A stretch of DNA of 64,000 bases from the human T2T-CHM13v2.0 reference genome, Homo sapiens. Made by a program: the position numbers and the translations under genes. Location of the stretch: NCBI RefSeq assembly GCF_009914755.1, contig NC_060928.1. The stretch is one strand, 5' to 3'. Below the pieces are notes generated by a model that had not been told where the DNA came from, searched no databases, and worked only from the letters and a program-made list of their open reading frames with translations. Below are positions 13,770 to 27,049 of the stretch, in pieces. Every line of letters starts with the position of its first letter. Position 1 is the stretch's first letter.

Positions 13770-14450
13770 GTGGTGCTCAGAACATGAGTAGTTAAGAGGG
13801 AACTACCCATGGCTTGGGAAGAAACCATCCAAAAGGATTAGAGGAAAAGTACTTGGAATTTGCACAGGGCCAGGAACAGTGTCTGTTCTCACCAACCACA
13901 CTGGAAACCTAATAATTCAAGGGGCATTGAGAGGAGTACACAGATTAGTCTTATCTCTTAGTGGTGAATAATTAGCCCTAGATTAATCACTGTTGTCCTC
14001 TATAACAAATCTTAAAAGCCAGACTAAGAATAATCAAAGGTTTGCAAGTAACTTTACTGCATATCAAAACAAAGCTTCCGAGTATAGAAATCCAAAACTG
14101 TCTGTTACACACACATAAAAGTCAAAACATGCAATCAATTACTAGGCATTTAAAGCTGCAGGAAAATGGACCTATAATGAGAAGAAAAGCCAACTAATTA
14201 AACTCAACTCTTAACTGACACAGATGTACATATGTTAGGATTAACAGGCAAGAATATTAAAATGTGTCACATTGCATTTCATGTGTTTAAAAGTTAAGTA
14301 GAGCTATATAAGATAGCAAAAAATGATTCAAATTGGAATTTTCAACACAGTGGCTATAATATCTGAGGTGAAAAATACACTGGATGTGGTTAAAGACAGA
14401 TTCAATAATGTAGAGGAAAACACTAGTGAACTTGAACTAAAAGAAATGGA
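13770..14450 (+). mobile_element. Old L1M (MC/MD-type) 5' region and ORF1 start
   Basis: 'tagtggtgaataattagccctaga', 'gaaaaatacactggatg..agattcaataatgtagaggaaaacactagtgaacttgaa' (ORF1 coiled-coil-like). Confidence 0.65.
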
Positions 14451-14989
14451 TGGTTGTTACTGATTATTAATTATATTTTCTCTATTGTGAAATTAAAAAT
14501 AAAAATATAAGATGGCTACAGCACCACAGAAGAAATGAGTCTTGCTCTGAAACATAAAGTAGAAGAAAGCCACAACATTCATACACACAATATAAATATA
14601 TATTGTTTACAACCATTAAAATACTGAAGTTTCTTATTTCCAAAAGTTACAAGCATCCAAACTAACATAAGAACAATATTCATAATAATCTTTGAAATTG
14701 TTGGCATTATTTTGAAAAATTCATATGAATTTAGGCAATTTATTTTGCAATTTTTACAGAGAAATATTAAATTATGCAATACATTTTATTTTAAATTTAT
14801 GATTGCAGATAATGCTTCAATTAAAACACGAGAGCTACCAGAACCTGTGTCAGAGATCAACCATATTAGTGAAAGACAAGATGATATACTCTAATTTTCT
14901 ATAGTTTTAAAATTTTGATTAGGAATACAAACAGATGTATAAAAGCATACTGAAAATGTATTGTATTAGAGCAAAAAATTCTAGCAGCA

Positions 14990-15125
14990 AACTGTGATCT
15001 TGCATACATTTTCTTAATGTCTCTAACCCAATTTTTTTCATCTGTACAATGAGGAGATTGTGTATACACATGTATAAATAAAATAAGAAAGGTATTTCAT
15101 GCTAATAGCCATGTGATTTAAATGC
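14990..15125 (+). mobile_element. MIR fragment
   Basis: 'ctgtgatcttg..cttaatgtctctaacccaatttttttcatctgtacaatgagga'. Confidence 0.6.
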
Positions 15126-15169
15126 AACCAAAATCTTAAATAATTTGGAGGTTGGAAACGAGTAGTAAT

Positions 15170-15730
15170 GTTCATTTGTTCATTCAGTTTATTTGATTGA
15201 TTTTTTATTTTAATAAATGAATATTGTATACTAAGCACTGTGATGTTTGTTAGGAAGCAATAAAGAAGATGGTCATCTCTGTATCTACATAGTTGGTGAC
15301 AAAGTAGAGCTAATTACAACACAATGAATGCAGGCACAGGATGCTAGAATAGCAGCATCTAGCATGGGCAATTATGTATCATGAGCTACGATTAGTCAGC
15401 CTTGGAGACAAAAATGTAGAACTATAGAAACAAAAATTGTTTCCATCCATATAAATACCATCTAGGGTAAGTTGAGCATAAGTCAACGGAATTTGAGTAT
15501 CTCAAGCCATCTTTTAGAAATGGAATTGGAGTAGAGTTTGGAGAAAAGATAACCAGCTTGAAGAAGTAGGTAATGAAAATATGTGAAACATTAAGCACAG
15601 ATAACTTATACAAAAGGCCTGAAATGTGATTATATTGTGTTGAGCAACAGAAAATTATTTAGTATAATTAAGGCTTATAGATAAAATGGCAGTGGAAGCT
15701 GAATAGAGCTCATAATAGGCTTTTGTGTTG
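15170..15730 (-). mobile_element. L2 3' fragment, apparently interrupted at ~15375-15510
   Basis: 'ttcatttgttcattcagtttattt..ctaagcactgtg' L2 tail; 'caaaaggcctgaaatgtga' further along. Confidence 0.55.
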
Positions 15731-16394
15731 ATTCCTGGTCTAGGGTAAAATGTGGACCTTTTCTTTGTAACCTGCAATTCTGCTGTTCATGCGTATCATT
15801 TAATCTTGTTGTGGCATCATTACTTTGAGAAAATTTGGCTATTTATATTGTGATCCACTAAAATCCACAGGTCATGATGAGCACAGACGATGATTATTTA
15901 TTTTCCCAAAGTTTTAGACTCCCAGTGAATGAGTGAATCTGAAAAGCAGTTTCTGTTTCTCACTTTGGTGAAATAGAATTCACATAAATATTTTATGACT
16001 TAATATTAGGGAACAAAAATTTCAACAAGAGTGTACATGTAAGTAACTGGATACACTTTATATATATTATTCTCTAAATAATATTGTGACCAATCCATTT
16101 TTTAAATTCCAAAATAATATAAAATGTAAACAAGAAAAATTAATATAAGATTTTTCCTTCACTTCTCATCTTTATTCCACACCAAGATACCCTAAGCAGG
16201 TGGAAATTTATCTGTTAAATCTGTCTCTAAAATTATATTCCATCCTGATTTCATCTTTGAATCTGTTATCAGCACTTTGGAATTTCAATGGTGCTTCTCT
16301 CTAGACTTTGGATAAAGATTGTATTATAAAAGCTGCAAAATAATTATGCTGTGAACAAAAGTTGATATAGGAAAATTATCTTACAGAAAGATAA

Positions 16395-18018
16395 CGATGG
16401 CAGCGACTGGCCATCAGGAGTGGCTGCTGCCACCACGTCGGCTGCAGTGGAGAGATGTGAGTGATGGTGACAGGAGCAGCAATGGCAGCATGGGGTCCCC
16501 TGTACCCTGCATCCCCAAGGCAGCTGACTGCACCACCCCCACCCTCACAGAGCTGGGTGGAAATGTGGGACCTGCCCCCAGGCCCAGAGCCTCCTCACTC
16601 TTGCCTGCCACAGCTGTGGGGAGGGCATGGGGAGGAGGAAGAGCTGGGCTTATGGGCTCCATGAAGTCATTGAGACCCAGAGACAAGCAACCACCCCCAT
16701 AAAGCCCATTGCCCTGGGGACCGACATGAGGACGCCAGGGGGAGCAGCACAGTTGGGCATGGAAGGATGGGTGGAGAGGAGCCAAGCAAAGACCTGGAGT
16801 CCCCAACCCAGGCTGCCAGGAGGCATGGGGAGGGCTGCCTGCGTGCTCCATGGAGTAGGAGGGAGTCTTGCCCTTCCAAGCACAGGACCCTCCTAGGCCC
16901 AGAACCTCTCTGCTCTCTGCACCCCTGGGAGCCTGGGAAGGCTCCCCTACCCCTGCAGACTTGTGGTTGTCTGCTCCCGCTACCTGGCCTCTCCTCACTC
17001 CCAGCGCCTGCTTTGATCTTGGAGCCAGGTTGGGGCCAAGCCAAGGTGCTGTCATAGCCTGGATGCGTTTGTGCATGCTTGGGGGAGTGCTGACACACCA
17101 GACCCCTGCCACCTCAGTCCCCTCTGGATGTTGGGCAACAATGAGCATGGGGAGTAGGGGCAAAAGGGGGCTCAGTGCAATCCTGCAGGTGCCCATTGGC
17201 ACAAGCAGCCTGCACAAAATGGATGGTGGCAGGAGGCAGACAGGCTCCTCGGAGGAAGGGTGCAGGTCCCTGGTGAGGCCTCACCTTCAAGCCAAGGAGG
17301 GCCTGAAGGCTGGGCCTGGGCTGCCCATCCGGCCGACTGCAGTGAGAACTTACGGTGCCTTTTCCAGGCCTGCCCATGGCTGCTCACGTATCCATAGATG
17401 TGCACATCCTCCTCTGTGATGCCCATAAAAGCCCAGGGCTCAGCCAGACAATCAGATGACCAGCAGCAGAGAGGAGCTACCCTCTCTGCTTGGAGCTAAA
17501 CACTTGCTGGGACACCCTAGCTGCAGAAAGGAGCTACCTCCTGCAGGTCCCGTCTCTTCAGTTCTATCACTCAATAAAGCTCCTCTTCCTCTTGCTCACC
17601 CTCCACTTGTCTGTGTACTTCCTTCTTCCCGGTCGCAGGACAAGAACTTGGGACCCCCGCAAATGGCAAAGCTAAAAGAGCTGTAACATAAACAGGGCTG
17701 AGACACACCCCTTGCTCACCACACTGTGGGCAAAGAGGAGAGAAGAGCTGCAGCTCTTCAGGGAGCCCAGACCCGGGAACTCCCCAAGACAGAGCTGTGA
17801 CTTGCTCATTGGATCCCTGTGACTCTTGGTGTCTCCAAGCTTCTGGGCACCACTGTGTTCCCCAGTGCTAGCTGTGGAAGCTGCTTGTGGTGCACGTTGT
17901 CCAAGTGAGCCTTGCAGACAGCTGGCACACATGTTGGTGCCTGGAGCTGTCCACCCCACTGCAGCTGCTGCATAGAGGTTTCGAGCAAGAAAAGCAACAC
18001 CTCAAAGATCTCGTAACA
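16395..18018 (+). mobile_element. MER52 (ERV1) solo LTR, copy 1
   Basis: GC-rich 1.6 kb; starts (c)GATGGCAGC, ends 'gatctcgtaaca'; 4-bp TSD ATAA at 16391-94 and 18019-22; cataaaa at 17424-30, AATAAA at 17573-78. Confidence 0.9.
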
Positions 18019-18736
18019 ATAATACCTAATTTAACCTAATAGACTGTATTAACATATTGGAAAGTAATGTATCATGCACAAAGATTAGTCAACCTTGGAG
18101 ATAAATATATAGCTTTATAAACAAAAACTGTTAACATCTACACAAATATTATCTAGGGTAAGTGGACCACAAGTCAACAGAATTCTAGTATGTGAGTCCA
18201 TACTGACATACTAGAGAAATGAATATATATGAGTGTGTCATTAAAATGTTGACACATTTAACCCCTCTTGTCTAATTCCAAAAATTAGAAGCAAACAATC
18301 TGCTAATTTTAAATTAATTATAAAGATCTGCCTACAGAGAGAGAAAGATCTCATAAAGATATGCCTACAGAGGTAGAAGGATTTGATTGTAAAGAAAAGG
18401 ATACTTACTTCTCAGTTTTGTTGATCTGGCTACATTCTTGTTACCATCTCTAGCCTTTATAAGCAAGAGAATATAATGATACATTAAAAAACTTGAAGGA
18501 GAGATCATAGGACATTCTAAATAGAAATTTGGCTGTGCAAATATAAAAATTTTATGTGCTAGTAAATGCCACACTGCTACCAATATTCTTTGATTATTAT
18601 TTTGGCCTGCACAAATTGTTGTATAGACATTCACAGACATTTATATAAAATGATTTATAATACTGTTTACAAAAGCAAAATAAAATTTTAAGTCTAAATG
18701 TCTATTTAAATGAGACTTGTCAAATCATTGCACTAT

Positions 18737-18930
18737 GCCAGGCACAGTGGCATACAACTGTCAGCTACTTGGGAGACTGAGGCAGGAGAATGGGTTGAGG
18801 CCAGGAGTTTGAGGCTGCAGTGCAATATAATCAAGCCTGTGAATACCCACTGCACTCCAGCTGGGAAACATAGTGAGACTGTCTCAAAAATAAATACATA
18901 AATAATAGTATAAAAAAGAAAAAGAAAAAA
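18737..18930 (+). mobile_element. FAM (fossil Alu monomer) within an old L1-like 3' fragment
   Basis: FAM-type 'gcctgtgaatacccactgcactccagc' followed by an A-rich tail. Confidence 0.85.
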
Positions 18931-19640
18931 ATTACAGTCTATGAAATAAGATATTTTAAAAATAAGGTGCATCTAAAGAGAAAGATATGGACATGGGAAA
19001 GATACAGACATAGAAAAGCATGTATGAGTAAAAATTCATATTGTTAAATAATATATTTATGATATGTAAAAGAAAGATATTGGCCTAAAAATATACATAT
19101 ATATATATATGTCTTAATAGAAACACATATGATATAAAATAATTATGATAATGAATATTCACTATTTTTTGTATTCATCTATAAAATAATACCATTGCTA
19201 AAAAAAACTCTTACCTTTGTTGTAAAATTTAATTCAAAATATTCTTCACTTGCCATGGGAACTTTTCTCAAATTTATTAAAAAATCATAATTTTTTAAAT
19301 CCTAATCAAGCCTAAAGAATGTTCCGTTTGAAAAGAATCATGAAAGAAAAACAATAATATATATGTCTTTTTTACAGTTTTTCACAATGACAATGATTTC
19401 CTTTTGCCATTCACCTGTACTCCAGTCAACTTACTATTAATGCAAGTTGATATATAAAATCTGAGGTATTTAGAAGACTCAAACTCTATCAGTGTAGGCT
19501 ATAAAGTGAAACTAATCAACTTTCAAAAAGTTGAAGTTTTTTGTCCAATAACTACAATCAACATAAAATAATGTCCTCATTCTTAGTGTTCAATGTCAAA
19601 TAGCACCTGTCCTGAAATTTCACGTCTTCTATGTATTTTA

Positions 19641-19720
19641 TTAGGTTGGTACTAAAGTAATTGTGATTTTTGCTATTACTTTTAATGGGAAAAACCACAA
19701 TTACTCTTGCACCAACTTAA
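19641..19720. mobile_element. MADE1 (Hsmar1-derived MITE, 80 bp palindrome)
   Basis: ttaggttggtactaaagtaattgtg ... cacaattactcttgcaccaacttaa with TA TSD on both sides. Confidence 0.95.
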
Positions 19721-21164
19721 TAAAAGCATTAACCTCCCAGTATAAATACTTTCTTTATTCTAATTACTTTTCTTCAACATTCCATAGAGTTATGAAGAGA
19801 ATACACTGATATCAATTATTAAACTTCATATAATTGTGCTGAATATTTCATTATAATTATAATAAACTCAACATTTTCTAAATGTTAAAGCTATAATGGA
19901 AAGTTTAATTACCATATTTAAAATTGGACACATTGCTTCTTCATCTCCCAACATGATAATTAAATTTATTAGAGTATTTATCCAATAATGTGTTTTTTTG
20001 CTTAAACCCATAAAATTTTATTTAGCATATTAAATAATAAGATTATGCATTTCAAATAGTTGTTCAAGTGTTGTTGAACCTGGAAACAAACTAAAAACAT
20101 TTTTAATAGATTTTTTATGAATTTAAATGATAGATTTTTTTCTGGACAATTTCATAGGTTTTCAAACATGCCTGTACTTGAGTATCTTCATGACATGATA
20201 TTTACATAAATAAGAGTGGTCCCAGTGCTCTTCAAAGTATAAATAGAAATTTTCTAAATTAATAAACCTTACTAAGAGCCAATTTTGCATTTTTGGAATG
20301 GTTTGAATATTACAAAGAGCTTGAAAATGGTAAAAGCAATGCCATTATATTTAATAATATTTTAATAATATAACAATAAATTTATAAATTTTATGATGAC
20401 TAGATGCTGTTCCATTTCAAGTTTGTTCTGATATTTTTGAGGAGGCACCAGAAAGTCATGGTGACACCAGAAAGTACATGAAATTAGGAAATACATTAAT
20501 TTTATAATTAATATTAAATATATGAAATTAGGAAATGTAATTAGAAAATATATGAACAATATAATTAATTAGAATAATTATTTTTTGATGGCCTGTTATC
20601 CTATCATTTATATACATGTACTTTCTTCTCTTACAAACATTCTATGTCTTGGCTTGTTTTCTCCCTCTCTGTGGTTTGTGATTTGGAGAACTTACATTTT
20701 CTGAATCATTGTTTGTGAAAAAATTTATCTGTTTTATAAATACAGGTTGTACTACTTAATTCACAAAGAACTTTATCATATGCTTTTCACAACTCTTCAG
20801 CAGACTTGAAGATATTTAATGGAAATATCTAAGTTTATTAAAGCTATAGTCCCTTCCTCTATATACATTATATTGCACTCTGTTGAAACAATGAGTCAAT
20901 AAATATAAATACATAATTAAATTATATAAATCTTCATTTTCTCAAGGTACCTACTAGGACAAAAAGTCTAAAGTGACAAAGTCAACTGCCCAAATTGGAG
21001 GATCATGGAAAACAAGGTATAAAACAAAGAATTAAAAATTTAAGAAGACTGTGCTTGGTTATATTAAAATAATAAAAATGAAATAATTACTGCATTTATT
21101 TGCTGCTTATTAGAATGAATGTGCTAGGATATTTTAAAAACTTTGTTAATTTTATTTCTTGAGC

Positions 21165-21290
21165 AATTATATGATAGATACTAGTTTTCTCATTTTACAA
21201 ATCAGCCCCAGAAGAGTTAGATGACAATACCAAGTTTTAACTACCACCAGTAAGAGATGCAACTGAGATTCTAATCCTGAAAATTTTACT
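21165..21290 (-). mobile_element. MIR fragment
   Basis: 'ttctcattttacaaatcag..cagaagagttagatgac'. Confidence 0.5.
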
Positions 21291-21333
21291 GTAAAGATAA
21301 AATTGCTTAAATGAAAATAAATTTATTTTTCTG

Positions 21334-21477
21334 GGCCGAGGACGGTAGCTCACACCTGTAATCCTGGCTACGTGGGAGGCTGAGGCAGGAGAATTACTTG
21401 AACCTCAGAGACTGCAGGTTGCAGTGAGCCAAGATTGCACCACTGCACTCCAGCCTGGAATCTGTCTCAAAAACAAA
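21334..21477 (+). mobile_element. Alu monomer (right-arm/FRAM-like)
   Basis: 'gctcacacctgtaatcctggctacgtgggaggctgaggcaggagaattacttgaacc..gttgcagtgagcc' plus a short tail. Confidence 0.85.
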
Positions 21478-21658
21478 TATATATATTTTGCTTAATATTG
21501 TATTATTTTTGGATTTACTTTACATTTAGATGATTTGAAGATGTATATATAAAGTGTATATATATATATATATATATATATGTCCTTTTCTAATAATTAG
21601 GTGATTCAAACACATATTCTGAAAAAATATGGTTATTATTAAATGTTTTAATAAGTAG

Positions 21659-22057
<399 letters not shown>

Positions 22058-22074
22058 TAGTTCATTTTTGTTTT

Positions 22075-22780
22075 AGAAAACGTTTTTCAAAAACAAATTT
22101 ATAGAGGCATGATAGGCATATTATAAAATGCACACACATTGCTTCTTGTTCTTTTCACTAAAATAAAATATAATAAACTGTACATATTTTACATGTATAA
22201 TATGATACATTTTCACATATCATCACAATCAAAATAATAAATACATTAATCACTTCCAAAAGATTGCTTCTGCCTCATAGCAATTTCTCCACACTGGTCC
22301 TGACTGACCTATCCCACAGTTCTCAGGCAACCACTAGTTTACTTTCTCTTTTGGTTTTTATAGATTGTTCATATGTTCTAGAATTTTATATGAATGGAAT
22401 CATTTAGTATGCACTCTGTTATTGTCTGGCTTCTTTCACTAAGATTACTGATTTTGGGATTCATTTATAATGTATGTGTATCAATACTTTATTACTGTTA
22501 TTTCTGGATAGGGTTTCATTATATGGTGTGTACACCCAATCTCATGTTGAAATTTAACTGCCACTGTAATGGTATTCAGAGGTGTTTTATAGCTAATATT
22601 TTGAAACTTGCAAAATGTTTTTCAACATGGCAAGATTTTTAACAACATATGTTATGGTTAGTCTTTCTAATGGCAGCTATTATAACCGGTGGGTAGTGGT
22701 GTGTCACTGTGACCTTCATTTTCATTTTTGTAATGACTATGATGCTGAGCATCTTTTCATGTGCTTATTTTCCATTTTCT
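22075..22780 (-). mobile_element. Old L1M 3' end with a short MaLR LTR 5' fragment at ~22520-22585
   Basis: 'caggcaaccact', 'atggaatcatttagtatgcact..tgtctggcttctttcact', 'gctgagcatcttttcatgtgcttatt'; embedded 'cccaatctcatgttgaaatttaa'. Confidence 0.75.
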
Positions 22781-23328
22781 GAGCTCTTGGCCTTCATAGA
22801 ATCAAACATGCCTAAGAAAAGTGCTGACATTAAAATTTTATATTAATGCTCTCAGGTATCCCCAGACACCATGAGATTAAGAAGGAGCTAAATAGATGCT
22901 TGGAAACTTTGTTGTCCTTAAGACTGTGAAGATCAATGATATCTGAGGGCCAGGGCAATTGCTTCATGTGTCACAGCTGCAGAATGGAAATGTGCTTAAA
23001 TTTCACTACCAAGTAATTATACCTACTGCTGAAGAGGTGAGATACAAAAATATTTTTAGTGATATGTTATTTTCAGATAGCAAAAGTAAAAAAAATAAGC
23101 CCTTATTAACATGCATTAGTGAACATAGTATAATAGCATAAATATCAATAATATTAGACATACGTTATGTAACTATAAAGTGAGCTTAAATAAAATTATA
23201 CAATTCTAAATAATTGGGTTATCAATATGGACTATCTTGAGAGATATACTATTATGCAAAAGAAAAGTGCTGAACTTAAAAATATTTATCTCATTATAAA
23301 TTTGTATTCAATTATATGTGTACACATG

Positions 23329-23909
23329 TGTAGGGGCCAAGAGAAACTTCCCCTTTGCCCTCTGAAGGTTTGCTGAAAAACCAACTGACAAAAGTCAGAT
23401 TAATAAGAGAAAAAGCATACAAATATATTAGTGTGCATGGGGTAAGAATCATAGAGTGATTACAGCAACCCCTCAATGGGATACCGAAGCTTATATACCA
23501 TCCTGATATTACAGAAAGAATGGGGATTCAGAGCATGACTCAAAACAGGCTATGGTGGTGAATCGGGCAAGACAGTTTATAGGAGGGAGAGAAGAGGAGG
23601 CCTAGCTAGGAAAGGAAGTTTTGGAATGTAGATGAAATTTTGCAGGCAGCAGCCCTCAGAAAAAACAGGTGTTAAGTATTTTTTTCAGACCTTTAAAGAT
23701 ATGAGACTCTCAGACAATAATCCCCACATCTGGACAAGGGAGGGCCTTAGGAAAAGCCTGGCTGTATCAATACAGATTTACTCTATGCCTGCAAATATGC
23801 CCCACAAACAAAGATTTTTCAGTTATTTTTTATCTTCTGCCCTTCTTAATAGGAATCTTGAAATCTGCCAAAAAGTATATTTTGGGGTGAAATATTTTGG
23901 TTTCCTGCA
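23329..23909 (-). mobile_element. ERV1 LTR, MER39-like
   Basis: Reverse complement begins TGCAGGAAACCAAAATATTTCACCCCAAAATATAC; TG...CA termini. Confidence 0.75.
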
Positions 23910-24800
23910 TATTCATAAATAAATTTCAAAGTAAACAGTGACTATCTCAATTCATCTCAAGCCAGAGAGTGCTAGAAACCCATTATCTACCCTTCTGATA
24001 TGATTGCTGAGCACTAAAGTATGGAGGGAAATATCACATAAGCAGAAATATTTTATTAAATTGATTAAAAACAGCTTTCTTCAATTCATTTTGAGATCAA
24101 TAGTTTTTTCTTGTATCTCTGAAAACAATTGCAAAATCATTTTTTTAAGAAAGCTTTGACTTGAATGTATTTTATCAATACGTCTGCAAACATTAAACTA
24201 GCAAATGGAGTTTAAATACGTGACTTCATTATATAGTTACTAATAATTTTTTGAAAAAAATCACTGTCATACTTGCATCAATATTTTTAATTTTTACTAA
24301 TAATGTGGAGTTTAGCTCAAATCTACTTTTAAATTTGCAAATGTTTAAAATAGATGTCTTTTCTTCCTTTAATTCTATACATTTGGATTAACTAAAGTAA
24401 TCTAATACACATTAGCCTAATGAAAGAGAAGTACTGAATCAAACCACATTTACTTCAGTTCACTTATGTAGAGGCTCATTCATTTGTAAAATCTAATGAA
24501 ACTCTGTTAGAATAAAAGAGAGATAAAGAGGCTGTAAAAAATGTGAGGAAATCTGAATTAATTTTTGAGACAATAAGAAAAAATTTTAAGAAAGCACATG
24601 CTTTCTGTCAGAAAACTTTCTATCAATTAATTCTGCTAAATTCAATGCTTATTATTTCATAAAATTGAGTTCCATGCTTAATCAGTATGGTTGAATATGT
24701 TAAGGAAACAATGTTTCATTGTTATTAAAATTTGGAAGTACTTACCTTCATCTATGCTTATGCTTAGAAAGTGGAAGTTTGTAGATTACTGTTCATTAAT

Positions 24801-25449
24801 TGAAACTGGGAACAGCAGAAATCCTGCCACACAGTGGCTTTGTCCAAACATCTGCACTAAGGGATGAGCAAACTGGAGCATGGCTTCTAGCAGCATATGG
24901 CTGTGTCTCTAGGATGAACCTTGTCTCCCCATTAAAATACTTGCCTGAGAAAGCTCAATGTTGTGGGAGAATTTACTGCTTGTTCTAGCGAACACCTGAC
25001 AGAGTCCCCTTACCTCACTTTCTTAGAGCATTTACTAAAAAGAGTTTACAATTATGAATTCTTCTTTCACCTCTTTGAGATGTATGTGCATCTCCTACAA
25101 CTCAGGAGTGTCTTTCTCAAGGACCTGAAAGCCATACCTTTGAAATACAATCATGACGAAGGGCAGGGCCTCTGTCTCCTCGTCTGACTTCGTGGAAGGA
25201 TAACTTCCATAATTGCCAGCCACCAGACACAGGTGGCCTAATCACACTTACACTGAACAATCCTTTATAATTTCCCATTTCTCTGATTTTGCTGAGCCTC
25301 TGCTCACACACCTCCCTCACTCTTTCTTAAATTATACAATGACCTCTGCATACATTGCAATGGAGCTCAGTTATTTCCCCTATTGTCAGTAGTTACTTGA
25401 CTAAAATCTATTTTCACTGCTTAATGTCTATCTGTGTCTTTCTTTGACA
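24801..25449 (+). mobile_element. ERV1 LTR (MER67/MER90/MER31 group; subfamily uncertain)
   Basis: TG...CA ends; 'cttgcctgagaaagctcaa', 'ggagtgtctttctcaaggacctg', 'cccctattg', ends 'tctttgaca'. Confidence 0.6.
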
Positions 25450-25684
25450 AAACAGATTTTAATTAATCATTCACCTGGAAACCCATGAACAACTCCAGAT
25501 CACTTAACCCAAATGTTACTGTAATTTAACCTTTTAAAAATTTTCAACTACTTAAAAATATGAATGTGAAGGGGAAAAAAATCACAAGATTTAATTATGT
25601 GATAATTTCACAAATCTGGGTGATTTTAACTGGTTATTTGAGATTTTGAGTCTAATTCACTCTTATACCACTAGGAAAAAAAGT

Positions 25685-25736
25685 AATATATATATACACG
25701 CACACATTTATGTATAAAATTCTCTCTCTCTCTCTA

Positions 25737-25767
<31 letters not shown>

Positions 25768-25876
25768 GCCTTTGAAATATATGTGTATATATAAATACAC
25801 ACATATATATACATACATATATATATAGAGAGAGAGAGACAGAAAGAGAAAGAGAATGAGAGAGAGACAGAGAGAT
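25685..25876. repeat. Compound microsatellite (CT)n(TG)n(TA)n...(TA)n(GA)n
   Basis: Read directly from the sequence. Confidence 0.95.
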
Positions 25877-26199
25877 CTTTCAGTTCTGGAAAATATTGAT
25901 AACAATTTACAAATTCCAAATGTGGTTGGGTATAGATACAAATTTTGAAAGATATGCATTTAACAAACCAATAACAAATCTATAAATAAAAGTTTGGTTG
26001 AAAATTTAGTAACATAAAATCATCTAGTAATTCTCTAATTCTCTCTTCTTTTGCTCTCAGTGTTAAATTTGTATAGGAATGCGGCAAAATAATATTTTAT
26101 AAAATTTGGTAATTATGTGAGCCAGAAAACCATTCCAGAGTCACTTTTCTTACAAAACTCAATTGCCTATATAACTAAACACATATGCACAACTTGTTT

Positions 26200-26775
26200 T
26201 ACATATTTAGGGTATTGTTTATTCTTAAAAACAGAAGATCATACACATGCTTTTCCCTGACACTTGATTTATGTACATAAAAATGTGCATCTGGTACATA
26301 TCTCCAAGTAAATAAAAATGTATATGATTTAATCTTTTTAATTTGCATATGAATTCAACATATGGAAATTTCACAATAATTTTAGTCATTCTCTTTTATA
26401 TGGACATCAAGATTATCACCTACAAATATGGTGAAAAGAAGCATGCTCATTTTTGTATTTTACTATGTGAGCTTTTACTTCTGTAGAATGCACAGCCAAA
26501 AAATAAAAGTCCTGAGTCTAACATTATTAGCATTTTAAGTATAATTGGTTTTGCTAGATAGCCTGCCAACAATATCGGGCAATTCATTTTTGCAACAGCA
26601 ATGAAAGTCCTCTCCACCATCCCTTTAATGCTGAAGGCTATTTCACTGTAATATTTATTATTCTTAATGATTAACAGTGGCAACTTTTTGTTGCTAATAT
26701 TTATCTCCACCAAATATTCTACTTGCCTATGCTCTTTTAACCCATGCTTTTGCCCACTTTTCACAGTGGACCTGT
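26200..26775 (-). mobile_element. Old L1ME-type fragment
   Basis: 'tttagtcattctcttttatatggacat', 'caacagcaatgaaagtcc', 'ctttgcccacttttc'-like motifs. Confidence 0.5.
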
Positions 26776-26814
26776 GGAGGGTCTTTATTTCCCTAATTCA
26801 ATCCCCCAATTCAA

Positions 26815-27043
26815 ATCTATCTATCTATCTATCTAACATAATATTAAATATTATATAATAAATGATATAATATATAATATAATATATTATATATAATAAT
26901 ATATATTATATATAATATAAAATATATCATATATTTATATATAATATAATATATAATAAATATATTATATATTATATATCATATAATAAATATATTATAT
27001 GTTATATATATAACATATTATATTATAATATATATAATATATT
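26815..27043. repeat. TA-rich low-complexity tract
   Basis: Nearly pure A/T, made of TATAA/TATAT units. Confidence 0.95.
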
Positions 27044-27049
27044 TAAAGT

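Noticed and set aside
16397-18000. Dense overlapping ORFs up to 267 aa
   Set aside because: All lie in a GC-rich MER52 LTR, where stop codons are rare; ORFs occur on both strands with no recognisable domain.
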